A stretch of DNA of 64,000 nt from a virus. Within the stretch, counting starts at the first letter, position 1, and every line of letters starts with the position of its first letter. Below the pieces are notes generated by a model. It searched no databases and had not been told where the DNA came from. It saw nothing but the letters and a program-made list of their open reading frames with translations. Positions 9,898 to 18,650 of the stretch are shown one piece after another. Position numbers and translations under genes: made by a program. The stretch is taken from positions 83,980 to 147,979 of IMG/VR virus record IMGVR_UViG_3300022680_000058. One strand, given 5' to 3'.

Positions 9898-10157
9898 TTC
9901 GATCGCCAGAAAGGATGAGGACCCACAGTGTAATATGGATTGCTGAATTGACGATGTACCCTGTGTTCTTTTTCGAGCTGTCGAAGGGCCTTTTTGACAA
10001 AGTAAAGTGTTGGCCTCCCCCATGTCTTCGGACGGCTCAGCCTCTCCACGATCATCTGTGGATAGTTGACCCCATGAGAGACGCTCTCGAACACTTCTTC
10101 CTTGAATGTCTTGAAAAGCTCTTCATCGCCGAGAGGGCTATCAGTCTTGAACCCCAT
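9894..10157 (-). CDS. Small winged-helix-like protein
   Basis: YPQMIVERL...VKKALRQLEKEHRV pattern. Confidence 0.5.
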   Translation of the reverse strand: MGFKTDSPLGDEELFKTFKEEVFESVSHGVNYPQMIVERLSRPKTWGRPTLYFVKKALRQLEKEHRVHRQFSNPYYTVGPHPFWRSK

Positions 10158-10319
10158 CGAACAAACCTCCCTGCCTTGGCGCCGATTTGAGCTTCCGCCT
10201 GAGCTCAACGTTCTCTTTTTTGAGGCGCTTGATCTCGCAGTCCTTACAGAACCCCTTCGGACCAACGATATCTACCTCCCAAACGAGCGCCCCACAATCC
10301 TGGCAATTCCTGGTATCCA

Positions 10320-10655
10320 TCAACAGAAGTACTGGCCAAGAGAGTTTTTGTGGTTCTCCACCCCCTGGATGATTTCCAGGAACTCTGCGCCGGTGAAGAC
10401 CTCGCCGTACTCACTCTCGATAATATTGACCCCAAAGAACGCCTCACAGAGCAACTCGACGTTCGACCGGTGGATTGCCCAAGCAAACATCTTCGAGCTT
10501 CTCAGACCAACATGACATTGAGGCGCATCATCATGCCTCATGGTCCGAACCGCTGGGCACCCATGTGACACCTCGACGAAAGCCTCTTCCCAGCTATCGA
10601 CCGAAATGTTCGTTTTCTGGCAAATGTGACGAATGAGGTAGAAATTCTTGCTCAT
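10320..10655 (-). CDS. Hypothetical protein
   Basis: HVGLRS...IESEYGE motif; sigma70-like promoter upstream. Confidence 0.6.
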   Translation of the reverse strand: MSKNFYLIRHICQKTNISVDSWEEAFVEVSHGCPAVRTMRHDDAPQCHVGLRSSKMFAWAIHRSNVELLCEAFFGVNIIESEYGEVFTGAEFLEIIQGVENHKNSLGQYFC

Positions 10656-10694
10656 GGATGGATAGTAATCATACGGTTACGCTCTGTCAACGAG

Positions 10695-11171
10695 CTATCC
10701 CGTCATCACCCCATCTGCCCTGAGCTGACTCTCCTCGACGTCCCACCACGGGGTAAAGTCTTCGAGGATCGCGTCGATCTGGTCCATAGAGAAGACACGG
10801 ACATTCAATGGCTTGTGGTATTCAGGGACCTTGAATCTGTGCTCATCGCCGAGCCTCGAACCAAGCCGCCTGTTGTACAGGACATCATCACCGAGTTTCA
10901 CGGGAATTCGTGGGAAGTATCGACGCTTCTCTCCTTCCCTGACGAATGGCCGACCACCGCCGATGGCCACTACGCGACCATACCTACAATCATTCAGCCT
11001 GTAGCGACCGAACTGAGTGTCTTCTTTGGCGCCAACCATCATCTCATTCCCGAGGATGATTCCACCTTCTGTCCGGTCAGGCTGTCCATATTCGACCACA
11101 TAGACGAACGCATTCATCGGTGTGATCGGAAATCCTTCAACCTTCTGACTCTCTATCAACTCTTCTCTCAC
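10695..11171 (-). CDS. groES: GroES-like co-chaperonin
   Basis: ITPMNAFVYV...TEGGIIL...GRVVAIGGG...VKLGDDVLY. Confidence 0.8.
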   Translation of the reverse strand: MREELIESQKVEGFPITPMNAFVYVVEYGQPDRTEGGIILGNEMMVGAKEDTQFGRYRLNDCRYGRVVAIGGGRPFVREGEKRRYFPRIPVKLGDDVLYNRRLGSRLGDEHRFKVPEYHKPLNVRVFSMDQIDAILEDFTPWWDVEESQLRADGVMTG

Positions 11172-11752
11172 TCTCCTTCTCCTTCCTCGAAAAGTGGAAT
11201 CGTCTTTTTGTCATCTGTTCCACGGGCATCATCGACAAGCTCTCGCCAATCGACATCAACCCCACACGCTCGACACTTCAAAACAGGAATGTGGTTATCT
11301 CCAGCCCCCATCTCTCCCCGGAACTTGTCGAGTTCATCCGCATGACCACACTCTCTGCACGTTATGGTCGTGACATATGTCCTGAGGAGAGCCCATGCCA
11401 TCTCGCCGAGGTAGTCATCAAGGCCTCGGATCTTTCCTGCGAACACCCCAGCATCAGGGGATGGAACACGAGCCCCTGTAGGATGCTCTGCGTTTTGTCG
11501 CTGCACGAGCTCTTCGAGGTCCATGCTCACAGAAACATTCGGGATCTCGCCCGATAGATGGTCTATCAACTCATTACCATCCATACCTTCAGCAATTTCT
11601 TTGACAGCATCACGAGACGACGCCATCACAGTCCAAGACACAGTGAACGTCCACTGAACCTCAAAAGACCTCTGTGGATCGACCTTTTCATCCCTCAGGA
11701 ACTCGATCGCTTCCCTCTTGAACCTCTTCCTATCCTCTTCCGAGACCGTCAT
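11168..11752 (-). CDS. Hypothetical protein with zinc ribbon
   Basis: CRECG/CRACG; AGGAGG RBS. Confidence 0.65.
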   Translation of the reverse strand: MTVSEEDRKRFKREAIEFLRDEKVDPQRSFEVQWTFTVSWTVMASSRDAVKEIAEGMDGNELIDHLSGEIPNVSVSMDLEELVQRQNAEHPTGARVPSPDAGVFAGKIRGLDDYLGEMAWALLRTYVTTITCRECGHADELDKFRGEMGAGDNHIPVLKCRACGVDVDWRELVDDARGTDDKKTIPLFEEGEGE

Positions 11753-11779
11753 CTCCCGTACCTCCTGTTGGCCCCTGAA

Positions 11780-12256
11780 TTACGCTGAAAGGTCCGCCCT
11801 GGCGTTCTCCGCATCCGCCAGAATATCAGCCTCCTCCTCCGTCAGCGCCTCCCTTGATGCTTCCCTGACCTCAGATCGAATCTCCCTCGCCTTATCAAAG
11901 ATGTCTACATGGGTTTTCCCTTTGAACGGACCCTTGTATTTCATATCGAGAGACACCTTCAGAACAAACGTCGCGAACAAGCATATGATCTCATTGGCCA
12001 CATACGAGACAACACTGATGAACCCACCAAAAACGACAATCTCTCCAATAGTCCCTGAATGAAAGTACACCCAAATGGCTCCAACCCACACCCCAGTACA
12101 CATCGAGCACGAGATGAGCTCACCAAGCCACCTGAGCGGGTTGTACTTCTTCTCAAAAGACTTCAGAAACTTCCTGAGCCCATTAAAAATCTTTCCAGTC
12201 GAGACAACGATCGTCACGCCCACAAGCCCAACAATCTCAAACGCTGAAATCTCCAT
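11780..12256 (-). CDS. Membrane protein, DUF1360-like
   Basis: WLGELISCSMCTGVWVG between hydrophobic helices. Confidence 0.65.
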   Translation of the reverse strand: MEISAFEIVGLVGVTIVVSTGKIFNGLRKFLKSFEKKYNPLRWLGELISCSMCTGVWVGAIWVYFHSGTIGEIVVFGGFISVVSYVANEIICLFATFVLKVSLDMKYKGPFKGKTHVDIFDKAREIRSEVREASREALTEEEADILADAENARADLSA

Positions 12257-12282
12257 TTTCTCCGTCTCCTAGTATGCTTCTA

Positions 12283-13611
12283 CTAAAAAATGACGTCATC
12301 GAAATTTTCGTCTGCGAACTCCGATGTCTCAACCTGTGTTCCAATCTCACTGAAATCCATCGTCTCCATATCCCACTTGACGACAATCGAACTGATCTGC
12401 GCCTGTCGACGGGCCTTCAATGGCACATAAAGCATCTGCTTATCGAGCTTCATGTCCACATCCTGGAACATGGCGAATAGATTCTGAAAGTCCCAAAGCA
12501 TGGTGTCTGACATCGCCAGAGCATTTTCGAGGCCACCTGTTCCGTGACCCTTCTTGATGGACTTTTTTGACCCCTTCTTGACATCGCCATCTCTGGAGAG
12601 CTGTGAGATAGCAACGAACGGGATATCACACCGCCGATTGAATCCTCTCATCCAGTCAATGGTGTCCAAGATTCGATCGTATCGACCACCCTTCGATCCG
12701 GGACCAGACTTCACACCACCGCTCGCCACCTTCAACATGTAAAGACTATCGATCCCAAGGATGTCGGGCTCGACCGCATCCACAGCCTCTTCGATGTAGC
12801 TCGGACTCAGACGTTCCTCATCATCGAGAATGAAATAATTCTGAGCCGTCTCTCTAAGATTTGTTACCGTCTCGTAATACTTCGGCTCTACGAAGTTTCC
12901 GAGAGACGCCGAAACTACGTGCCCAAAATTCAGCCGACCCCTCATCGCGATCTGCCGCTCGGCGAGCTCCCCGCGAGTCATCTCTGGAGACACAACAAGG
13001 ACCCGCTTTTTCTGCTCAAAGTAAGCATGATCCATGATATTGATAAGAGTGAACGTCTTACCAGTCGATGGCCGAGCAACAAATCCTGTGATTGTCTTCG
13101 GCCACATCCCCATGGTGACATTCGTCATCGTCTCCCACGGGAACGCAATCCCTATTTCACCCCGCTTCGTCCGCTCGTACACATCGACAGCATCATCTAC
13201 AGCTTCAGCAAGGGTGTGAATCCTCACCCGTTTGATGCTCGACTTCTGAAGATGAGCAGCAAGCTTTGAGACCTCCTCTTCCGCCTCCTTCTGCTCACCC
13301 TTCTCCAGATGCTCTGAACTTTTGCTGAGCCCATACCTGAGCGCCCTGAACCTCGACCTCTCGAAGAGTTCATCGAGCACATACGTGATCGACACACCGT
13401 CTTCCACAGGTTCGAGTTTCTTCCCTGTCTTGTCCTGGATCACAGATGACGGAGGAACCGTCTCGTGTTCAGCAATGTGCTTTAAGATAAACCGGAAAGC
13501 AGCTTTCGACGGAGGAAGTAAGATATCATCACAGAGTCCTGCTTCCCGCGCCTTCACAAAGCTTTTGTCGTCCCTGGTAGCCAACCATAGGACAGCATTG
13601 TCCAAATCCAT
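12283..13611 (-). CDS. dnaB: DnaB-like replicative helicase
   Basis: ARPSTGKT, SPEM, GIDSLYML, AISQLSR, KARR. Confidence 0.88.
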   Translation of the reverse strand: MDLDNAVLWLATRDDKSFVKAREAGLCDDILLPPSKAAFRFILKHIAEHETVPPSSVIQDKTGKKLEPVEDGVSITYVLDELFERSRFRALRYGLSKSSEHLEKGEQKEAEEEVSKLAAHLQKSSIKRVRIHTLAEAVDDAVDVYERTKRGEIGIAFPWETMTNVTMGMWPKTITGFVARPSTGKTFTLINIMDHAYFEQKKRVLVVSPEMTRGELAERQIAMRGRLNFGHVVSASLGNFVEPKYYETVTNLRETAQNYFILDDEERLSPSYIEEAVDAVEPDILGIDSLYMLKVASGGVKSGPGSKGGRYDRILDTIDWMRGFNRRCDIPFVAISQLSRDGDVKKGSKKSIKKGHGTGGLENALAMSDTMLWDFQNLFAMFQDVDMKLDKQMLYVPLKARRQAQISSIVVKWDMETMDFSEIGTQVETSEFADENFDDVIF

Positions 13612-13655
13612 AGGACAACCTCTCAGCCTCGAATCGAGGCCAACCTACCTTGGTG

Positions 13656-14303
13656 TTATCCGACAGCCATTCGAGAAGCCATGGCTTCAGCGGCGCCATT
13701 CCTAAGGTTCTCTCCCACGAACTTCAATGGGAGAAGTGTCTCCTTCATGACCTCCATCATCGATGGAATGTAGACACTCATCAGTGAAGCCGCACCCTTC
13801 TTCGACGACGAAAGTGGAAGATTCGTCGTGATGATCGTCGTCCTCTTGGAAGCGGACCTCTCACGGATCAGATTCTCGAAGAGCCTCTCCGTGAACCCAG
13901 TCTCCCCAGGGTGCTCTTTCCCGAGGTCATCAAGGATCAGAACATCAACGGCTCGGGCTCTATCATCAATGCTCTGGTCCTCATCGAACATCGTTCTGTT
14001 GAGGACCGCTTGCCTGAGACTCTCAGCAGTGGTGAAGAACACAGACGCACCACGGCGCCGAGCTTCCATCCCGATCAGAGCAGCCACTGATGTCTTTCCA
14101 ACACCATTGTTGCCCCAGAACAGAAGCCCCTCTCCTCTATCGAGGTTGCCGTCGAGGTCCTTGAGGTATGCCGCGACATGATCCCTGATCCCTTCCGAGA
14201 TCTGATCGAGACGAACATTCCAGAACCGTCGAGGGAGATTCATTCTTTCAACATGAGCCTGCGTGAGGCGCATCCTATGTCCGACGATTCTCATCACCAT
14301 CAC
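13656..14303 (-). CDS. DnaC/IstB-like AAA+ helicase loader
   Basis: GLLFWGNNGVGKT, VLILDDLGKE, IRER, TIITTN; directly upstream of dnaB. Confidence 0.88.
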   Translation of the reverse strand: MMVMRIVGHRMRLTQAHVERMNLPRRFWNVRLDQISEGIRDHVAAYLKDLDGNLDRGEGLLFWGNNGVGKTSVAALIGMEARRRGASVFFTTAESLRQAVLNRTMFDEDQSIDDRARAVDVLILDDLGKEHPGETGFTERLFENLIRERSASKRTTIITTNLPLSSSKKGAASLMSVYIPSMMEVMKETLLPLKFVGENLRNGAAEAMASRMAVG

Positions 14304-14335
14304 CGTCCTATCCCTGAGAGCTCAGAACAGGTTCT

Positions 14336-14794
14336 TCACCCCCAACCGACCGTCGGCGCGTCCTGCGCCGCCTCGTCGTCGTATTCACCTCTCAGGACCC
14401 GCTCCCTCTTCGAGGTCGGAATCCTCACCACACCGTCAATCTCAGCTTTCAGACGCTCTCGCAAGCTCCAGCACAGCTTCATCGGCGGGAGTTCATCTCG
14501 ACGCTCCTGAGCAGATGTCCTGCGTTTCTTCCAGGTCTTGATAAAGTGCCTGACAATCTCTGCTGCCTCATCGAACCCTTCTTCTGACACAAGTTTCTTT
14601 GCCAGAGAATATTCAGCCCCTCCCCACCTTGGGGTGGTACCGAATTCAGCCTTCATTTCTGACGACCATTCCCTGAACAGTGCCCTCGCAGGATTCTCCC
14701 GCTGGAGCCGCTTTGATCTTACTTCCCTGCTCGCCCTGTTTTTTGCCATCCTGGCTTCCAAGGCAGCCCTCATTCCTTGTGCTCGATCCGGCAT
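14336..14794 (-). CDS. Hypothetical protein, possible loader partner/initiator C-terminal-like
   Basis: Helical protein immediately upstream of DnaC-like gene; function by position only. Confidence 0.55.
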   Translation of the reverse strand: MPDRAQGMRAALEARMAKNRASREVRSKRLQRENPARALFREWSSEMKAEFGTTPRWGGAEYSLAKKLVSEEGFDEAAEIVRHFIKTWKKRRTSAQERRDELPPMKLCWSLRERLKAEIDGVVRIPTSKRERVLRGEYDDEAAQDAPTVGWG

Positions 14795-14829
14795 TATCGA
14801 TATATTAGCCCATCAGGACCGATTGTCAA

Positions 14830-15105
14830 TCAGTCCGGAGGCAATACCTCCTCAACATCGTTCGGTTCAACAGCCTCAAGCACTCCATGTCTACGAATCT
14901 CAATTCTGTAGTAGACAGAGAGCCAATTCTTTCCATACCTCGATTGAACATTGGGTCGAAATCTCATGGCCTGGAGTTCATCCATCGTTCTCAAAATGTC
15001 CTTCGCTCCTCTGACCGTGATGACCTCATACACCTTCTTGTCGCTCCTCAGCCTTACCCTTTCTCCAATCCTTGGCCTCGGCCATTGGTTCATGATGTCG
15101 CTCAC
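14830..15105 (-). CDS. Hypothetical SH3/KOW-like protein
   Basis: RIGERVRL...VYEVITV; coupled to upstream ORF. Confidence 0.55.
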   Translation of the reverse strand: MSDIMNQWPRPRIGERVRLRSDKKVYEVITVRGAKDILRTMDELQAMRFRPNVQSRYGKNWLSVYYRIEIRRHGVLEAVEPNDVEEVLPPD

Positions 15106-15446
15106 AGCATCCTCCGGATCATGTTGCTCGTCATCACAACACCGAGCATGAACTTCTCAGCATCCTCTGGAGAAAGCCGCCTCAACTCATCCAGCCTCGG
15201 AGGTGGCCTCTTGACCTTCAGAGCTGTCTCCTGAGCTGCCATCCCAACCTCTGCGAGCTCAACCTTGTTGCCTTGGCCCCACACAGACTCGTTCGAGTAC
15301 ATGACACACCAAGCACACATAGGTCTCTTCTCAATGGTACCATCGTTTTCAACGTCAACAGACCACGAAGCAGATCGCCTCCCACAAACAACACACGCCT
15401 CTCGGTCCTTCAGGAGGCGAACTTCTTCAGCCACGATCGTTATCAA
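15102..15446 (-). CDS. Hypothetical protein with CxxC pairs
   Basis: CVVC/CAWC; AGGAGG RBS. Confidence 0.6.
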   Translation of the reverse strand: MITIVAEEVRLLKDREACVVCGRRSASWSVDVENDGTIEKRPMCAWCVMYSNESVWGQGNKVELAEVGMAAQETALKVKRPPPRLDELRRLSPEDAEKFMLGVVMTSNMIRRML

Positions 15447-15502
15447 CCCATCCTCCTTCTTTTAAGCTATATACTAGATTTGAACTGTCAAAGGAGGTTT
15501 TT

Positions 15503-16324
15503 GTGGGAGTCATCGTAAACGGAGCAGATATCACAGTCCCTGGAGTGCCCAATATCCAGAACTACATCGAAGAACCAAAATTCGCCTTGAAAGCGAATGA
15601 TGGTCGCCCCCGTCCCAACACCTGGGTCCGAGGTATCGTCCTGCACACAACGAAAGGAATCCCTGGAGGACGGCAACGAATCCCTCAAAAAATCAAGTCC
15701 GGGTTCGGGCCAAACTATCGTCGCGATGAAAAAGTCGCCCAGATGTGGAGCATGGACGCGAGAAACGCTGGAGCCCACCTCGTGTGTGACAGCGACGGCT
15801 CCTGGGTCTGCACTGCTGACCTCCAGAATTTCGCCGCCTACCACGCCGGGAACGTCAACACCGTGACCGTCGGGATCGAGATCTATCAGGAGAGCGATGG
15901 AGGACTCTACGAATGCCAGCTCCTAGAAGTCGTCAAGATGATTGACTTCCTAACGCGCCTCTTCAGCATCCAACGACAAATCCACTGGCCGTACAATCGC
16001 CGAGCCATCAAACGAGGTCTCCGTCGAGGGCTCGACATGGTTGGTGTCTACGGGCATCGAGACTGTTCAAACAACAGGGGCCGTGGAGACCCAGGAGACG
16101 CCATCATGGAACGCTTGATCGAGGCTGGATACGAGAGCTTCAACTTCGACGAGGACGAGGACAAAAAAGCTTGGACAGAGAGACAAGAAAGCCTGAACCT
16201 TCTCACCGATGGTGTCCCTGGTCCGAAAACATCAAGGGCTCTGCTCGAAAACGGCTATCGTCACGGACTGTGGATTCCTCGTCCTGGTGACAGTGAGTCA
16301 ATCATTCAAGAAATTCTCACCTGA
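15503..16324 (+). CDS. N-acetylmuramoyl-L-alanine amidase (endolysin) with C-terminal PG-binding motif
   Basis: IVLHTT, GAHL, AYHAG..N...VGIE, YGHRD, DPG; DGVPGPKT. Confidence 0.88.
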   Translation: MGVIVNGADITVPGVPNIQNYIEEPKFALKANDGRPRPNTWVRGIVLHTTKGIPGGRQRIPQKIKSGFGPNYRRDEKVAQMWSMDARNAGAHLVCDSDGSWVCTADLQNFAAYHAGNVNTVTVGIEIYQESDGGLYECQLLEVVKMIDFLTRLFSIQRQIHWPYNRRAIKRGLRRGLDMVGVYGHRDCSNNRGRGDPGDAIMERLIEAGYESFNFDEDEDKKAWTERQESLNLLTDGVPGPKTSRALLENGYRHGLWIPRPGDSESIIQEILT

Positions 16325-17344
16325 TCACCCGCCATATCCCATCTGAACACAGATAGGATCAATGTCCCCCTCATCGCCACACCCCCTGGAACCTGGTCGA
16401 CACCAAAAGGCATTCGCCGTCACCTTCGACGCCTCCAACGATGGGTCTCTGATGAAACCACGAGCACACCCCCAGGCATCGTCACAAGCGCCCCTTGGAA
16501 CCTCACAACGACCTCCCCAGGCAATGATTGGCGCCCCGGTAACCCTTTGCTTGTCTCTCCCGGTGACGAGCCCTGTAGCGAGCTCTACAGTCCTCTCGCA
16601 ATGACGACGATGTCTGTCACTCCAAAGCTTCTCTGGACACCCTGGGGCTTCTCCAGAGCACACCCGTCTCACAGTCCTGGGGAATGCGTCCGGCATCTCA
16701 CAACTCACATCCAACTGAGAAATCCACCGCTGTCGATCATGTCGAGGGGCAGCAGCTCCAACAACAAACCTCGACGCCCGCCTCATCACAGAGATGATTG
16801 TTTCCCCATTGACATCACATTCAGTGATCAATGGAACAGCAGGTCTGTTACAACTCCTGTTCCTGATGTTGTTCAAGACTTGCCATATACCCCTGCAATC
16901 GGCCTCAGAACCCTCCTGCTCGCTCGTGCATATCCTGAGGAGCCCCACAATCGACGCGCCTGTGGACTCCTCTCTCGGGACATTCCACGTCTCAGCACGC
17001 CGAGCCGCCGGTGACTTCCACTGCCATCGCCGAACGCTCCTACCTTGTTTTCTTGACTTGACCTTAGCCTTCTCGGGGAGCTTTATTGACTTGATGGCCT
17101 CTTCTCGTGCCCTTAGGCTTTCCTCGACGTCTACCCACCGTTGACGTTCCCTCTCATCAATCTCCTGCCATCTCCTTTCAACGTCCGAGGCGAGGTCATC
17201 AGTCTCCACGACTCCTTCAATCTCATGATCTTGAGGATTTGAACAACCAAAGAACCAGAGAGCTCCAAGCACAGCGACTGAAAACCACGTCAAAAAACCT
17301 ACGACAGAACAAAACCTTGGCGCGAACCCTTCACGAAAACTCAT
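16325..17344 (-). CDS. Exported/lipoprotein, Cys-rich, SleB (Hydrolase_2)-like N-terminal catalytic helix
   Basis: Signal with FFGC lipobox-like motif; LLRICTSEQEG..DCRGIWQVLNN resembles SleB LAxxIxxEAxGE...V.NR. Confidence 0.5.
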   Translation of the reverse strand: MSFREGFAPRFCSVVGFLTWFSVAVLGALWFFGCSNPQDHEIEGVVETDDLASDVERRWQEIDERERQRWVDVEESLRAREEAIKSIKLPEKAKVKSRKQGRSVRRWQWKSPAARRAETWNVPREESTGASIVGLLRICTSEQEGSEADCRGIWQVLNNIRNRSCNRPAVPLITECDVNGETIISVMRRASRFVVGAAAPRHDRQRWISQLDVSCEMPDAFPRTVRRVCSGEAPGCPEKLWSDRHRRHCERTVELATGLVTGRDKQRVTGAPIIAWGGRCEVPRGACDDAWGCARGFIRDPSLEASKVTANAFWCRPGSRGCGDEGDIDPICVQMGYGG

Positions 17345-17427
17345 GAAGAACCTCCTGTTTTCTGCTTTATTGGATTCTTTTGGTTTGGTTTGCCTCGTGT
17401 GACATCGAGGCTGGACAGGCTATCACA

Positions 17428-17685
17428 TCACCAGTCTTTCGCAAATCCAGGCGGACACGTCCGTTCCTTTTTGGACTTGATCAAGAGCTTCGATGCTGCC
17501 TCACCATGTATCCTGTTTCTGATCTTCAGATGACCACGTTTCTTCAGATACTTGTCACAGTTTTTGTGAACAGCCTTTTGAAAAGCATGCCATCCCATGC
17601 TCTTCCCTTCTCCATCCTCATCTTCATCGTCATTCTTCAGGGGGTCAGGAGGATAAAGAACGTCAACATCAAAATGACCAGCCAT
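17428..17685 (-). CDS. Hypothetical protein
   Basis: ORF in operon. Confidence 0.55.
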   Translation of the reverse strand: MAGHFDVDVLYPPDPLKNDDEDEDGEGKSMGWHAFQKAVHKNCDKYLKKRGHLKIRNRIHGEAASKLLIKSKKERTCPPGFAKDW

Positions 17686-17700
17686 AAGCCACCAACCTTT

Positions 17701-18411
17701 CTATCGTTCTGTGATCCCCCACTCGACCACATCGACCACATCACCAGGCAACTGTTGGACCTGCCCGAAGCTTCTCGGGAGCTCGAACCCTTCAGCGAGC
17801 TTTTCCATTCCAGCTCGAATCAAAGTCGACGTCACGAACTCTTCGACCTGAGACTTCGCGGCAGAAACGACCCTTTCCGCCGACTCCTCGAACTGTTTGA
17901 GAATGAAAGGAGCGCTACTACTGAACCATTTGAATAGCTCAGCAAATATCCACGAGATCCTCTCTCGGTCCTTTTTTGTGAGCGTTTTTTTGCTCAAAAT
18001 CCTGTCGAGCTCTTCCTGACGACCTTCGATTGAAGATGTAAGCTCCCAGACCTGGCTCCGAAACCGCTTCAAGACCTTCACCTGCTCCGACTCGTGGGTC
18101 TCGGGAACAGGCTCGATCTCACCCTTCCCCGTGACGAACTTCAGTGTACACGGTATCCCATCACCATGGTTGAGCGTTGTAATGGCCTGGGCAAACTGGA
18201 CCGGAGACATTTCAAGCTCGATGAGCTCCTGATCCCGAAAAAACCGATCCCGAGAAAGTGAGTGCTGTCGGTATGCTGTCGAGACAACGATCTGGATCTT
18301 GTCCCTGTGATTGTCGAGGTGAGATCCAAAAAGGCGCCCTCCCCCCGTCATTCTACAGATCCGCAACATCCCAAAGCTCTCGTGTTCTTCCCGATCTACC
18401 TTCTCCTTCAT
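17701..18411 (-). CDS. Phage hypothetical protein
   Basis: HESFGML...LFGS...EMSPVQFAQAITTLNHGDGIPCT; strong RBS. Confidence 0.7.
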   Translation of the reverse strand: MKEKVDREEHESFGMLRICRMTGGGRLFGSHLDNHRDKIQIVVSTAYRQHSLSRDRFFRDQELIELEMSPVQFAQAITTLNHGDGIPCTLKFVTGKGEIEPVPETHESEQVKVLKRFRSQVWELTSSIEGRQEELDRILSKKTLTKKDRERISWIFAELFKWFSSSAPFILKQFEESAERVVSAAKSQVEEFVTSTLIRAGMEKLAEGFELPRSFGQVQQLPGDVVDVVEWGITER

Positions 18412-18434
18412 GACAACCTTCTCCTTCTACTCCT

Positions 18435-18475
18435 AAAAAACGTAGCCCCTCCGGCTGGGGTGAACCGGAGGGGCT
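18435..18475 (-). terminator. Intrinsic terminator
   Basis: 11-bp stem AGCCCCTCCGG/CCGGAGGGGCT followed by ACGTTTTTT on minus strand. Confidence 0.85.
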
Positions 18476-18615
18476 TTCCTGTAACAGGGGGGGGTACTGT
18501 CACCCGAACCGATGGCTCGGAAAGACTATTCAAAGCTTCCCCTTACGAACTCAGCGACTATTCATTCGCAGGTAAAAGATCGCGTCTTTGAACAGCCTTT
18601 CCAAACCACCCGTAT
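18435..18615 (-). ncRNA. Structured ~180-nt ncRNA with own promoter and terminator
   Basis: 23-bp stem (18586-18608 with 18513-18535, several G:U), C8-loop hairpin (18481-18503), terminator (18435-18475), promoter at 18622-18650. Confidence 0.7.
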
Positions 18616-18621
18616 ACACCT

Positions 18622-18650
18622 ATCATGGTGTCATGGTATCCGACTGTCAA
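18622..18650 (-). promoter_or_regulatory. Sigma70-like promoter (ncRNA class)
   Basis: TTGACA-17-CATGAT; shares TTGACAGTCG...CATGATAGGTG with 29276-29304. Confidence 0.7.

Noticed and set aside
13656-14303. IS21 element (IstB-like ATPase)
   Set aside because: No IstA transposase or terminal inverted repeats; position beside dnaB indicates a helicase loader.
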